Both the position numbers and the translations under genes were made by a program. From Acidimicrobiia bacterium (GTDB lineage: Bacteria > Actinomycetota > Acidimicrobiia > Spongiisociales > ZC4RG35), in NCBI GenBank assembly GCA_015488325.1, contig WFOA01000010.1, positions 15,945 through 79,944 on the forward strand: DNA of 64,000 bases, in the 5' to 3' direction. Below the pieces are notes generated by a model. It had not been told where the DNA came from. It searched no databases and was given only the letters and a program-made list of their open reading frames with translations. Shown here one piece after another: positions 19,634-28,869 of this stretch (position 1 is the stretch's first letter; each line of letters starts with the position of its first letter).

Positions 19634-22429
19634 TCAGCGATGGGACATCGGGGGGCCGAGGGCGAGGAGCTCCTCGTCGGTGAGGACCGGCTGCGCCAGG
19701 AGCCCGAGACGCTGGACCGGCGCCAGGTTGGGGCGGATCCCCTCGGACCAGTCGGGGTCCCAGCCGAGGGGCTGCTCGTTGGCGGACCGCCACGGGTAGT
19801 AGATGCGGGCTCCGTCGATCGTCCCCTCGTAGAGCCAGCCGAGACTGATCTCGAAGTACCGGACCTCTTCGATCTGCTCTTGGAGGGCGGCGGCCGTCTC
19901 GGCCTGGTTCCGTTTCGCCGCCGCCCGTTGCTTGCGGTCCAGACGCTCGATCACGGCCTTCACGTAGTCGCCCGCCAGGTGGTCGAGGGCGTCACGGTCG
20001 AACCGGGGGGCGTAGACGAACACGTTGACGGCGCCCCGCTGGCTGGCCAGATGCCAGATCACCGGCGCCCGTTCGGTCGTGGCCACGTGGATCCGGAAGA
20101 AGTTGGCGACGAGCCACTCGTCGATGGTGGGGGCCTGCCCCCCTCCGACGGCCCCGATGATCCGGGTGATGTGACGTTCCAACTCGGCGGCGGCTTTGGT
20201 GCCGAGCTCGGCCCGCAACCCGGCGAGCAGGTAGGACCCCACCGTCCGGTATCCCCGAGCCTCGTCGAGGGGAAGGAAGTCCGGGATCTGGGAGAAACCG
20301 TGTTCGGTGGCGGCGACCGGCGAGGACATGAGGAGGTTCTCGACCCGGGAGACGAGGAAGTTGGCGACGGCCGGGTAGGCACGCTCCGGCTCGGCCTCCG
20401 CCAGACGCTCGACCAGCTCCAAGGCGACGGATTCGTCGACCGCGGCCGTTCCCGTCGGCGGCGGGATCGGCCCCCCGGCCGGAGGCTCGACGGTCGGTTC
20501 GACGACCTGGCCGTCACCGGTCTCGGCGTCGGCGTCCGCCGGGACCGCCGTGGCCTCCACGGTGGGCTCCGGCTCGGGTGTCGGCTCCGCCACCTCCCCT
20601 GGCGGGGCCTCGGTGTCGGTCACCGCTTCGACCAGGGTCCCCAGGTCGGCCTGGGCGGGCTCGAACGTGGAGATCCGGCGGGGACGGGGCGCCGGTGCAC
20701 GGGCGGGTTCGGCGGCCGGTTCCCGGGGGGCGACCGCCGGAGCGACCGGCCGACCCCGTCCGAGACCGGCCGCGGGCATGACGCCCCGCCGGTCCACGAA
20801 CACCGCTCCGAGGAACTTGGCTCCCCGATCTTCGAGATCCGCCACCCGGTCGGCGAGCTCGGTGCGAGAGACCCGACCCGGGACGAGGGTGACGACGGCG
20901 TAGTCGACCCGTTGCACCAGCTCCTGAGCGGTCGCCACGGTGAGGTCGTTGGCGGCGAACAGCACCAGGTCGAACCGGGCCGAAGCCACCCGGATGAGGT
21001 CGGCGAGGAGGGGGCGGGCCAGCAGCTCGGAGGGGTCTTCGGTGGGTGAGCCGGCCTGCACGGAGATGAGGTTGGGTCGGACCGGCCGGGCCTGCGCCAG
21101 TATCCGGGCGAGGGCGGCGTCGTCGCCTTCGGGGATCTCGAGCAGCGTGGCGAAGTCGACGTCGCCCCGGTACTCCACCATGTTGGTGTCGTGGGTGAAG
21201 TCGGCGTCCACCAACAGGACCGAACGCCCTGCCCGGGCGAACGCCACCGCCAGGTCGGCGGCGAGGGCGTGGACGTCCTCGGGTTGCGTGCCGAGGCCCG
21301 TGACCGCCACCGCCGCCCCCAAGCCTCCGATCCGACCCTGCAGCCCGGCACGGAGCCCCTGGACGGCACGTTTTCTCCGCCCCCCTTCTTCCGCGTCGTA
21401 CCAGATGCTCCGCCGTGACGGTTTGCGGATCGGTACGGCCGCGAGGAGGGGAAGCGGAGCCAGGTCGGCCCCGGTCCAGACCGGCTTGAACAGGCGGTCG
21501 ACGACCAGCAAGCCCGCCACAGCGAGGACGAGGCCGACCAGCAGGCCGATGGCTCCGGCCGCTCCCCGTGAGACGGGGTCCGGTGTCTGGTCCACGACGT
21601 CGATGACCTCGGACACGACCGGGCCCGACAGCGCCGCCTGACGGAGGAACAGCTCCTGGAACGAAGCCTCCAACTCTTCGTATTCCCGTTCGAGGGCCCG
21701 GCGCAGGGTCTGCTCCGCGCTGAACTCGGAGACCGTCGGCGGCGGGCCGAGCCGGTCGAGCTGGGCGTTGACGGTGGCGATCGCCAGGGTCGTACGGTCG
21801 AGATCCGCCTGAACTTCGTCTTCGGCTCGGTCGCTGCCGACCAGCAGCTCCTTTTGGTATTCGAGGGCGTCGGCCCGCAGCGACTCGAGGAGCGCCTGCA
21901 GTTCGGCCCGCTCCTCCTCGTCGGGGTCGACGGCGACAGGCGAGCCGATGGCCTCGATCCGGGCCCGCACGTCCGCCATCCGGGCGGAGATCTGTTCGAG
22001 TTGGGTCTGGATCTGCTCCAGGACGTTGGGGGGCTGGCCTTCGAGATACCGGGACCGCAGCTCGCCGGCCCGGGCCTGCGCCTCCTCGGTGCTCGACCCT
22101 TCGGCGACGAAGACGAGGGCGCCTCGATCGACGTCGCTGAAGATCTCCCAGGAGGGGTTGGCCTCGAGCAGGTCGGCGTTCACTTCGAGGGCGAAGGCGA
22201 GGGCCTCTTCGAGACGGGCCTGGGCGAAGTCTCGGGACACACCCGACGGGTTGTCTTCGCTCTCGACGCTGGCGACGACGGTGACCGGGGCCTCCGCCCG
22301 GATCACCGGGGTCAGGGAGGCGTTCCTCCAGGCGGCGCCGAACACGCCGGCGGCGAAGCCGAGCACGGCGAACACCACCACCCAGGGCCAGCGGGCCCGG
22401 AGGACACGAAGGGTGCGGGTCAGGTCCAA
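19634..22429 (-). CDS. multidomain envelope protein: Wzz-like polysaccharide co-polymerase (2 TM segments + coiled coil), a degenerate BY-kinase/ParA-like ATPase domain, a Pro-rich linker, and a ~270-aa C-terminal domain of unknown function
   Basis: TM1 at residues 14-33 and TM2 near residue 295 flank a charged coiled-coil region. The ATPase domain has Walker A' (VLLVDADFTHD) but a degenerate Walker A (TGLGTQPED, no GK[ST]). A P/E/A-rich linker follows. The C-terminal domain (VALELVERLAEAEPERAYPAVANF...WDPDWSEGIRPNLAPVQ) matches nothing I recognise. Confidence 0.8.
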   Translation of the reverse strand: MDLTRTLRVLRARWPWVVVFAVLGFAAGVFGAAWRNASLTPVIRAEAPVTVVASVESEDNPSGVSRDFAQARLEEALAFALEVNADLLEANPSWEIFSDVDRGALVFVAEGSSTEEAQARAGELRSRYLEGQPPNVLEQIQTQLEQISARMADVRARIEAIGSPVAVDPDEEERAELQALLESLRADALEYQKELLVGSDRAEDEVQADLDRTTLAIATVNAQLDRLGPPPTVSEFSAEQTLRRALEREYEELEASFQELFLRQAALSGPVVSEVIDVVDQTPDPVSRGAAGAIGLLVGLVLAVAGLLVVDRLFKPVWTGADLAPLPLLAAVPIRKPSRRSIWYDAEEGGRRKRAVQGLRAGLQGRIGGLGAAVAVTGLGTQPEDVHALAADLAVAFARAGRSVLLVDADFTHDTNMVEYRGDVDFATLLEIPEGDDAALARILAQARPVRPNLISVQAGSPTEDPSELLARPLLADLIRVASARFDLVLFAANDLTVATAQELVQRVDYAVVTLVPGRVSRTELADRVADLEDRGAKFLGAVFVDRRGVMPAAGLGRGRPVAPAVAPREPAAEPARAPAPRPRRISTFEPAQADLGTLVEAVTDTEAPPGEVAEPTPEPEPTVEATAVPADADAETGDGQVVEPTVEPPAGGPIPPPTGTAAVDESVALELVERLAEAEPERAYPAVANFLVSRVENLLMSSPVAATEHGFSQIPDFLPLDEARGYRTVGSYLLAGLRAELGTKAAAELERHITRIIGAVGGGQAPTIDEWLVANFFRIHVATTERAPVIWHLASQRGAVNVFVYAPRFDRDALDHLAGDYVKAVIERLDRKQRAAAKRNQAETAAALQEQIEEVRYFEISLGWLYEGTIDGARIYYPWRSANEQPLGWDPDWSEGIRPNLAPVQRLGLLAQPVLTDEELLALGPPMSHR

Positions 22430-24417
22430 ACCGTCGAAACCTCGGGTTCTGGGGTGAGGACGATCGTCTCGTCGCCGCCCCCAGTATGCCGCGCCAGCGC
22501 CCGCAACATGTCGACGACGTCCTCCAACGCCCCTTTGCGGGCGGCCCGCTCCAGCATCTCGACCCCGTCGGAGAGGGTGGTGACCCCCGGCCGAGGCGGA
22601 TGGGCGATCGAGATCTTCGGGTGCTCCGACGGCTCGAGGGCACCTTCGGCGAGGACCTCCACCATCTTCTCGCCCGGCCGGACCCCGCTGACGACGACTT
22701 CGATGTCGCGGCCGGGGACGAGTCCGGCGAGGCGGATCAGACGCCGAGCCAGGTCGGCGATCCGGATCGGCTCGCCCATGTCCAGCACGAACACCTCGCC
22801 GCCTTCGGCGAGGGCGGCGGCCTGGAGGACGAGCTGGACCGCCTCGTCGACCGTCATGAAGTACCGGGTCATGCTGGGGTCGGTGAGCGTGACCGGCCCG
22901 CCCTTCTTGATCTGCTCGACGAAGGTGGGCACGACACTGCCGCGGCTGCCGAGGACGTTCCCGAACCGCACGGCGGTGTAGGTGCAGCCGTCGGCACGCA
23001 GGTCGGCGGCCTGGACGAGCATCTCGGCGACCCGCTTGGTGGCGCCCATCACCGAGACGGGATCCACCGCCTTGTCGGTGGAGATCAACACGAACCGCTC
23101 CGCCCCGACCTGGGTGGCGATGTCGATCATGTTCCGGGTGCCGATCACGTTGGTCAGCACCGCCTCGTCCGGGAACCCTTCGAGGATCGGTACGTGTTTC
23201 AGCGCCGCCGCATGAAAGATGACCTGAGGCCGGTACGGGGTGACACGTCGCGCCAACATGTCGGCGTCCCGCACGTCGGCGAGGATCGGCGTGATCTCGG
23301 CGTCGGGTCCGCAGCCCAGCACCGTCTCGTGGAGGTGGGTCTCGTCGTTGTCGAGCGCCAGCACCGTCTCCGGACCGAACCGGAGGACCTGACGGACGAT
23401 CTCGGAACCGATCGAGCCTCCGGCCCCGGTGACGAGGACCCTTCTGCCCCGCAAGAGGCCCGCCACCGCGGCCAGGTCCGTCGAGACGGTGGCTCGAGGC
23501 AGCAGGTCGGTGAGTTCGATGTCTCGGACATCGACCGCGCCGGCGGAACCTTCCATCACCCGATGGGCGACGGGGAGGATCCGCAGCCGCACGTCGACGT
23601 CGGTGCAGAGGTCGACGACCCTCCTGCTGAGGTAGTCGTCGTCGGCCACGACGATCACCTGCTCGGCTCCGTACCGCTCGATCACGTCGTGCAGTTCGTC
23701 GAGGTCCCCCAAGATGGGCAGTCCGGCCAGACGGCGGACACTGTCGGCGCCTCCGGTCGAGACGAACCCGATGATGTCGATCTCACCGCCGTTGCTCGTC
23801 ACCTCACGGACGAAATCCGCCGCCGCCCGGCAGGTGCCGACGACGAGGGTGGGGAGCGGCCGCCCACCGGTGATGGTCCGTTTGAACGAGAACAGCCGCG
23901 ACCGGAACCGCACCAGGCCCATCCCGGCGAGGGCGAGCAGCGGGCCCATGATCGCCACCGACAGCGGGATCGGCACCAGGCCGTCGGAGGTGACGTCCAC
24001 CCAGAGCACCCAGCCGGTGACGGCCATGCCGACGACGACGTTGGAGGCGATCACCTGTTTCGCCTCGGAGATCGAGGCGAACTCCCAGACGTGCCCGTAG
24101 GCGCCGAAGACGACGTTGGCCGCGAGGTGCAGCAACAACAGCAGGGGCATCGTCCGGGTGAGGCCCGTCCACCAGGTGAGGGGGTCGGTGATCCCGGTGT
24201 CGAGCATCCGCAGCCCCAGGGCGATCGTATAGGCGCCGACGACGATGGCCAGGTCGACCACGGCGAAGGCGATGTCCGCCCGCACCCTGGAAGCGGCCGC
24301 GGCCAGCGGCCTCCACCATCGTCCAGCCCTTGTCCCCAAAACAGATCCGGTGTCTGCCACCAGAACCTCCCAGCTCTCGCATCCCCACTTGACCCCGTCG
24401 GGGTCAGTCGGATACAT
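22420..24417 (-). CDS. membrane-anchored nucleotide-sugar 4,6-dehydratase/epimerase (CapD/PglF/WbpM family)
   Basis: N-terminal TM helices followed by two Rossmann-like regions (VLVTGAGGSIGSEI) and an extended SDR C-terminal domain. Confidence 0.85.
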   Translation of the reverse strand: MYPTDPDGVKWGCESWEVLVADTGSVLGTRAGRWWRPLAAAASRVRADIAFAVVDLAIVVGAYTIALGLRMLDTGITDPLTWWTGLTRTMPLLLLLHLAANVVFGAYGHVWEFASISEAKQVIASNVVVGMAVTGWVLWVDVTSDGLVPIPLSVAIMGPLLALAGMGLVRFRSRLFSFKRTITGGRPLPTLVVGTCRAAADFVREVTSNGGEIDIIGFVSTGGADSVRRLAGLPILGDLDELHDVIERYGAEQVIVVADDDYLSRRVVDLCTDVDVRLRILPVAHRVMEGSAGAVDVRDIELTDLLPRATVSTDLAAVAGLLRGRRVLVTGAGGSIGSEIVRQVLRFGPETVLALDNDETHLHETVLGCGPDAEITPILADVRDADMLARRVTPYRPQVIFHAAALKHVPILEGFPDEAVLTNVIGTRNMIDIATQVGAERFVLISTDKAVDPVSVMGATKRVAEMLVQAADLRADGCTYTAVRFGNVLGSRGSVVPTFVEQIKKGGPVTLTDPSMTRYFMTVDEAVQLVLQAAALAEGGEVFVLDMGEPIRIADLARRLIRLAGLVPGRDIEVVVSGVRPGEKMVEVLAEGALEPSEHPKISIAHPPRPGVTTLSDGVEMLERAARKGALEDVVDMLRALARHTGGGDETIVLTPEPEVSTVWT

Positions 24418-24441
24418 CCTACCCGCGGACCGACATCATCA

Positions 24442-24461
24442 AATGGGCCGTCCGGCCCATT
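24442..24461. promoter_or_regulatory. 20-bp palindrome AATGGGCCG-tc-CGGCCCATT in the divergent capD/epimerase promoter region
   Basis: Perfect 9-bp inverted arms with a 2-bp spacer. Confidence 0.45.
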
Positions 24462-24613
24462 CCTGGGTCCCGGGACTCATTGTCGACCGCGACCGGAAAG
24501 TCCCACTTCCCGCCGCCCGATGCACCGTCTAGCCTGGCCCGGGGCGGCGCCGCATCGGCGCCAGTTCGCCACCACATCACGACTCGGTGCGAGCCAGGGA
24601 GGTTCGAAGAGCT

Positions 24614-25498
24614 ATGAAAGTGCTCGTCACGGGGGCAGCCGGTTTCTTGGGGAGAACGGTCGCCACCTATCTGAAGGAGCAAGGACATCACGTCGTCGGG
24701 TTCGACCTGAAAGACCCGGGAATCGACGGTCTCACGATGCAGATCGGTGACCTCACCGACCTCGATCAGGTCTCGGCTGCGGTCGAAGGCCACGACGCGG
24801 TGTGTCACATCGGAGCGATCGGCGACGTCTACCTGGCCGGGGAGGATCCCGGCCTGGCGGCGGCGGTCAACGTGTTGGGGACCGCCAACGTCGCCGAAGC
24901 GGCGGTGCGTCACGGCGCCCGGGTGGTCTACGCCTCCACGTGGGAGGTCTACGGTGAACCCCGATACCAGCCGATCGACGAAGACCATCCCTGCGCCCCC
25001 GACCACCCGTACAACATCACGAAGCTGGCGGGCGAGTCGCTGCTGCTGTCGGCTGCACGTCTCCGTGGGCTCGAGACGGTCGCCCTCCGTCTCGGCACCG
25101 CCTACGGGCCGGGTCTGCGCCCGAACTCGGTGTTTCGGATCTTCATCGACCGGGCACGCCGAGGCGAGCCGATCACCATTCAGGGTGACGGCTCCCAGGG
25201 GCGGCAGTTCACCCACAGCCGCGACATCGCCCGGGCCTTCGACCTGGCGCTCCGGTCCGACGTCTCCGGGGTCGCCCTGAACACGGTGGCGACACGGACC
25301 GTGACGATTCGTGAGCTGGCGGAGAAGGTGGTCGAACGGTTCCCCACCGAGCTCACCTTCGGACCGCCCCGTCCCGGCGACGTCCCTCCGGCGACCGTCT
25401 CGGCGGCCCGGATCGCCGACGTCCTCGGATGGGAGGCGCAGATCCCCTTCGAGGACGGGCTCGCCGACCTGATCGACCATGAGCTCGCCGGAGACTGA
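24614..25498 (+). CDS. NAD-dependent epimerase/dehydratase (UDP-glucose-4-epimerase-like, short form)
   Basis: ATG preceded by GGGAGG. MKVLVTGAAGFLGRTV Rossmann motif. Catalytic YNITK (YxxxK). Confidence 0.85.
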   Translation: MKVLVTGAAGFLGRTVATYLKEQGHHVVGFDLKDPGIDGLTMQIGDLTDLDQVSAAVEGHDAVCHIGAIGDVYLAGEDPGLAAAVNVLGTANVAEAAVRHGARVVYASTWEVYGEPRYQPIDEDHPCAPDHPYNITKLAGESLLLSAARLRGLETVALRLGTAYGPGLRPNSVFRIFIDRARRGEPITIQGDGSQGRQFTHSRDIARAFDLALRSDVSGVALNTVATRTVTIRELAEKVVERFPTELTFGPPRPGDVPPATVSAARIADVLGWEAQIPFEDGLADLIDHELAGD

Positions 25499-26585
25499 CG
25501 GGCGGATCCTCGTTCTCGTCTACGGGCTCGGCCTCGGCGGCGCCGAGAAGCTCCTCGCCACCTCGGCTCCGCTGTGGGCCGAGTCGTCGTTCACCTACCG
25601 GGTCGCCTACGTGCTCCCCTGGAAGGACCAGCTCGTCGACACCATCCGGAGGTCGGGAGTCGAGGTGGACTGTCTCGGAGGGAGAGCCTCCGACCCCCGG
25701 GTCGCCTTCCGACTGCGACGCCTCATCCGGTCCTGGAGACCCGATCTGGTCCATGCCCACCTTCCGATCGCCGGGACCATCGCCCGGGTCGTCTCCCCCG
25801 TCCCCGTCGTGTACACCGAGCACAACCTCGCCGGCTCCTACCGGCCTCTGGTCCGCCTCGGCAACCGGGTGACCTACCGGGCGAACGCGGCGGTGATCGC
25901 CGTGTCGGACGCCGTGGCATGCTCCCTCGAGGGCTACCCGGGCCCGACCCCTCGGGTCGTGCCCAACGGCGTGCTCTGCGAGGTCGGCGCCGACGAGGCG
26001 GAGGCGGCGAGACACGAACTCGACCTCGACCCTGACGCCAGACTCGTCGTACACGTGGGCAACCTCCGCCCCCACAAGGGACACCGGAACCTGGTCGAGG
26101 CAGCGGCGGTGCTGGAACAGGCCGGATCGAAGGCGATCCTGGTCTCCATCGGTGGGGAGAAACACCCCGGCGACCTCGAACGCCTCCGAGCCGAAGTCGC
26201 CGCCCGGGGTCTCGAGCACCGGCTCAGATTCCTCGGCCGTCGCGAAGACGCCCGGGCGTTCATCGCCGCCGCCGACGTGTTCGTCAGCCCCGCCGACGTG
26301 GAGGGGCTCCCCGTGGCGATCCTCGAAGCCCTCGCCCTGGGCCGCCCGGTGGCGGCGACGGCGGTGGGGGGTGTCCCCAGCGTCGTCGTCGACGGTGAAA
26401 CCGGAATCCTGGTACCGCCGGGCGACCCGGAAGCCCTCGCCGAGGCCGTCGAACGCCTCCTCGCCGACGCCGAATGGGCGGCGCGGCTGGGCAAGGCGGG
26501 ACAGGCCCTCGTGGAGACCGAGTACGGCCTCGAGAAGATGGTGGACGCCTACGAACGGGTGTACCGAGAGATCCTCGGGACATGA
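25479..26585 (+). CDS. glycosyltransferase family 4
   Basis: GT4 fold (ILVLVYGLGLGGAEK...HVGNLRPHKGH...VFVSPADVEGLPVAILEALALGRPVAATAVGG). Overlaps the upstream gene by 20 nt. Confidence 0.85.
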   Translation: MSSPETDGRILVLVYGLGLGGAEKLLATSAPLWAESSFTYRVAYVLPWKDQLVDTIRRSGVEVDCLGGRASDPRVAFRLRRLIRSWRPDLVHAHLPIAGTIARVVSPVPVVYTEHNLAGSYRPLVRLGNRVTYRANAAVIAVSDAVACSLEGYPGPTPRVVPNGVLCEVGADEAEAARHELDLDPDARLVVHVGNLRPHKGHRNLVEAAAVLEQAGSKAILVSIGGEKHPGDLERLRAEVAARGLEHRLRFLGRREDARAFIAAADVFVSPADVEGLPVAILEALALGRPVAATAVGGVPSVVVDGETGILVPPGDPEALAEAVERLLADAEWAARLGKAGQALVETEYGLEKMVDAYERVYREILGT

Positions 26586-27526
26586 CCGGCCCGAGCATCC
26601 GCCTCGCCCGACCCGACGATCTCCCCCAGATCCTCGACGTCCTGCGGGCCGCCCTGGGCGAGACGCCCCTGTTGCGACGCACCCCGGAGCTGTGGCGTTG
26701 GAAACACGTCGAGAACCCCTTCGGGCCGTCTCTGGTCCTCGTCGCCGAAGCCGACGGCCGGGTCGTCGGGGTACGGGCCTTCATGCGTTGGGAGTTGGAG
26801 ACGCCCGACGGTGACACCCTCCGGTGCGTCAGGGCGGTCGACACCGCCACCCATCCCGACTATCTGCGACGGGGGATCTTCCGGCGTCTGACCGAGTCGG
26901 CGATCGAATACGCCCGGGACGAAGGGGTGGATCTGGTCTTCAACACCCCCAACGCCAAGTCGGGGGCGGGATACCTGAAGATGGGGTGGCGGACCGTCGC
27001 CCGACTCGGGGTGATCGTCCGATGGCGGACGGGTCGGGTCGCACCCCTCGATTCCGATACCGTGCCCCGCCTCGACGACCATGTGGCGGCGGTCGACCCG
27101 CTGGATCCGCTGCCCCCGGCCAGACGGGGACACGGTCTCAGGACTCCCCGCCGCGACGCCTACCTCCACTGGAGGTTCTCACAGCATCCGACGGCACGCT
27201 ACGGAGCCGTCCGGTTCGGATCCGGGACCGCCGTGGTGCGACCCAACGTCCGTGCAGGACGCCGGGAGCTGGTGGTGTCGGACGTCCTCGGTGACGCCAC
27301 CGCGGGGCTGTTCCGGGAGGTGGCGAAGAGGAACCGCTCCCGCTACGTGGCCACCTGGTTCTCCCCGGCGGCACCGGAACGGCGCATAGCCCGACGTGCC
27401 CTGTACGCTCCGGTTCCGGGACTGCGGACCCTCACCCTCGTGGCCCGACCGCTACGGTCCCTCCCCGTGGACGTCTTCGATCTGGGGAACTGGGATCTGG
27501 CGGTGAGCGACCTGGAGTTGCTGTGA
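26582..27526 (+). CDS. GNAT-family N-acetyltransferase (Acetyltransf_6/FemAB-like) with C-terminal extension
   Basis: ATG overlaps the previous stop (ATGA). GNAT core (HPDYLRRGIFRRLTESAIEYARDEGVDLVFNTPNAKSGAGYLKMGW). Confidence 0.75.
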   Translation: MTGPSIRLARPDDLPQILDVLRAALGETPLLRRTPELWRWKHVENPFGPSLVLVAEADGRVVGVRAFMRWELETPDGDTLRCVRAVDTATHPDYLRRGIFRRLTESAIEYARDEGVDLVFNTPNAKSGAGYLKMGWRTVARLGVIVRWRTGRVAPLDSDTVPRLDDHVAAVDPLDPLPPARRGHGLRTPRRDAYLHWRFSQHPTARYGAVRFGSGTAVVRPNVRAGRRELVVSDVLGDATAGLFREVAKRNRSRYVATWFSPAAPERRIARRALYAPVPGLRTLTLVARPLRSLPVDVFDLGNWDLAVSDLELL

Positions 27527-28869
27527 GACAGCAGATCGTCCTCGGGATCGGCGCCGGGTTGACGGCACTGGTCGCGTTCGTCCTCGCCGCCGGCGCCGTC
27601 CCCCTCCACCTCGTGGTGCTGGCGGTGGCCGGCCTCTCCGTCACCTACCTGGTGGGTCGGGCGATGGCGACGGACTTCGACCGGTCCTGGCTCCCCGGTC
27701 TCCTGGTGGCCGGACTGGCCGCGAAGCTGGTCGGGGCCTGGGTCCGGTACTTCGTCCTCATCGAGGTGTACGGCGGTGTGGGTGACGCCCTCGGATACCA
27801 CAGCCGAGGCCTCCGCCTCGCCGAGATGTTCCGGGCGTTCACGGTCCCCACCTTCGAGGACGCCGGTTTCGGGTCGACCGGCACCCGGTTCGTCTCCTGG
27901 TTCACGGGTCTCGTCTACACGCCGTACCAGCCCGAGCCCCTCGGCGGTTTCTGGCTGTTCTCGCTGATCGCGTTCGCCGGCACGGTTCTCTTCTACGCGG
28001 CGGTGCGACGCAGCCTGCCACCGTCGACGTGGCGGCGGTTCCTCATCATGCTGATGTTCTGGCCGACGCTGCTGTACTGGCCGTCGTCGGTGGGCAAGGA
28101 AGCCCTGATCCTGGGCTTCGGAGGGGTGGTGACCTACGGGGCGGCGCGGCTGTTCGAGCGGTACCGCCTGAGCTGGCTGCTCGTCATCGGCGCGGCGATG
28201 GCCGTCATAGGCATCATCCGGGTCCACGTCGCCGGCCTGTTCGCCGGAGCGATCGTCGTCGGCATGCTCGTCTCCGCCGCACCTCGCGGTGCAGGCCCGA
28301 AGAGTCGCCGCCTCCTCCTCATGGCGGCCGGGTTCGCGGCGCTCATCCCCCTGGCCGCCCTGGTCTCGAGGGAGTTCGGCATCGACCCCAGCGGCCCCCT
28401 CGACCCCTCCGCCCTCGAGCCGGTCCTGTCCGAGGTGGCCCGCACCACCGGCCAGGGAGGCTCGGCGGTGCAGGGCGGGGTGATCCGCTCCATCGCCGAC
28501 GTCCCGGCCGGTGTCCTCAAGGTGTTGTTCCGTCCCCTCCCCTACGAGGCGTCCAACATCCAGATGCTGGCGGCCAGCGTCGAGGGCGTGGCGTTGCTCC
28601 TGTTGATCCTCTCCCGCACCCCGTGGATGATCGGGAACCTGCGTCGGCTGCGCCGCTTCCCGTATCTGATCTTCGCCGCCACGTTCTCGGCCGGTTTCGT
28701 GGTGGCCTGGAGCGCGATCCTCAACCTGGGGATCATCGCCCGCCAGCGGGCCCTCGTCATCCCCTTCGTCCTGACCCTCGTCGCCGGCCTCGGCTGGCCC
28801 CTGGCCGCCGGCGAGGAGCCGGCTTCCGCTGCCGAACCCGACCGGGACGCCGCCCTCAACCCCACTTGA
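27523..28869 (+). CDS. polytopic membrane protein, candidate Wzy-type polysaccharide polymerase
   Basis: 448 aa with about 10-12 predicted TM helices and a larger loop in the C-terminal half. Sits among glycosyltransferase genes. Polymerase function is inferred from context only. Confidence 0.6.
   Translation: MRQQIVLGIGAGLTALVAFVLAAGAVPLHLVVLAVAGLSVTYLVGRAMATDFDRSWLPGLLVAGLAAKLVGAWVRYFVLIEVYGGVGDALGYHSRGLRLAEMFRAFTVPTFEDAGFGSTGTRFVSWFTGLVYTPYQPEPLGGFWLFSLIAFAGTVLFYAAVRRSLPPSTWRRFLIMLMFWPTLLYWPSSVGKEALILGFGGVVTYGAARLFERYRLSWLLVIGAAMAVIGIIRVHVAGLFAGAIVVGMLVSAAPRGAGPKSRRLLLMAAGFAALIPLAALVSREFGIDPSGPLDPSALEPVLSEVARTTGQGGSAVQGGVIRSIADVPAGVLKVLFRPLPYEASNIQMLAASVEGVALLLLILSRTPWMIGNLRRLRRFPYLIFAATFSAGFVVAWSAILNLGIIARQRALVIPFVLTLVAGLGWPLAAGEEPASAAEPDRDAALNPT

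Noticed and set aside
20514-22643. 709-aa minus ORF and 754-aa plus ORF (22486-24750) in the co-polymerase/capD region
   Set aside because: They overlap the motif-supported co-polymerase fusion and CapD dehydratase genes in other frames. Translations are R/P/G-rich low complexity.
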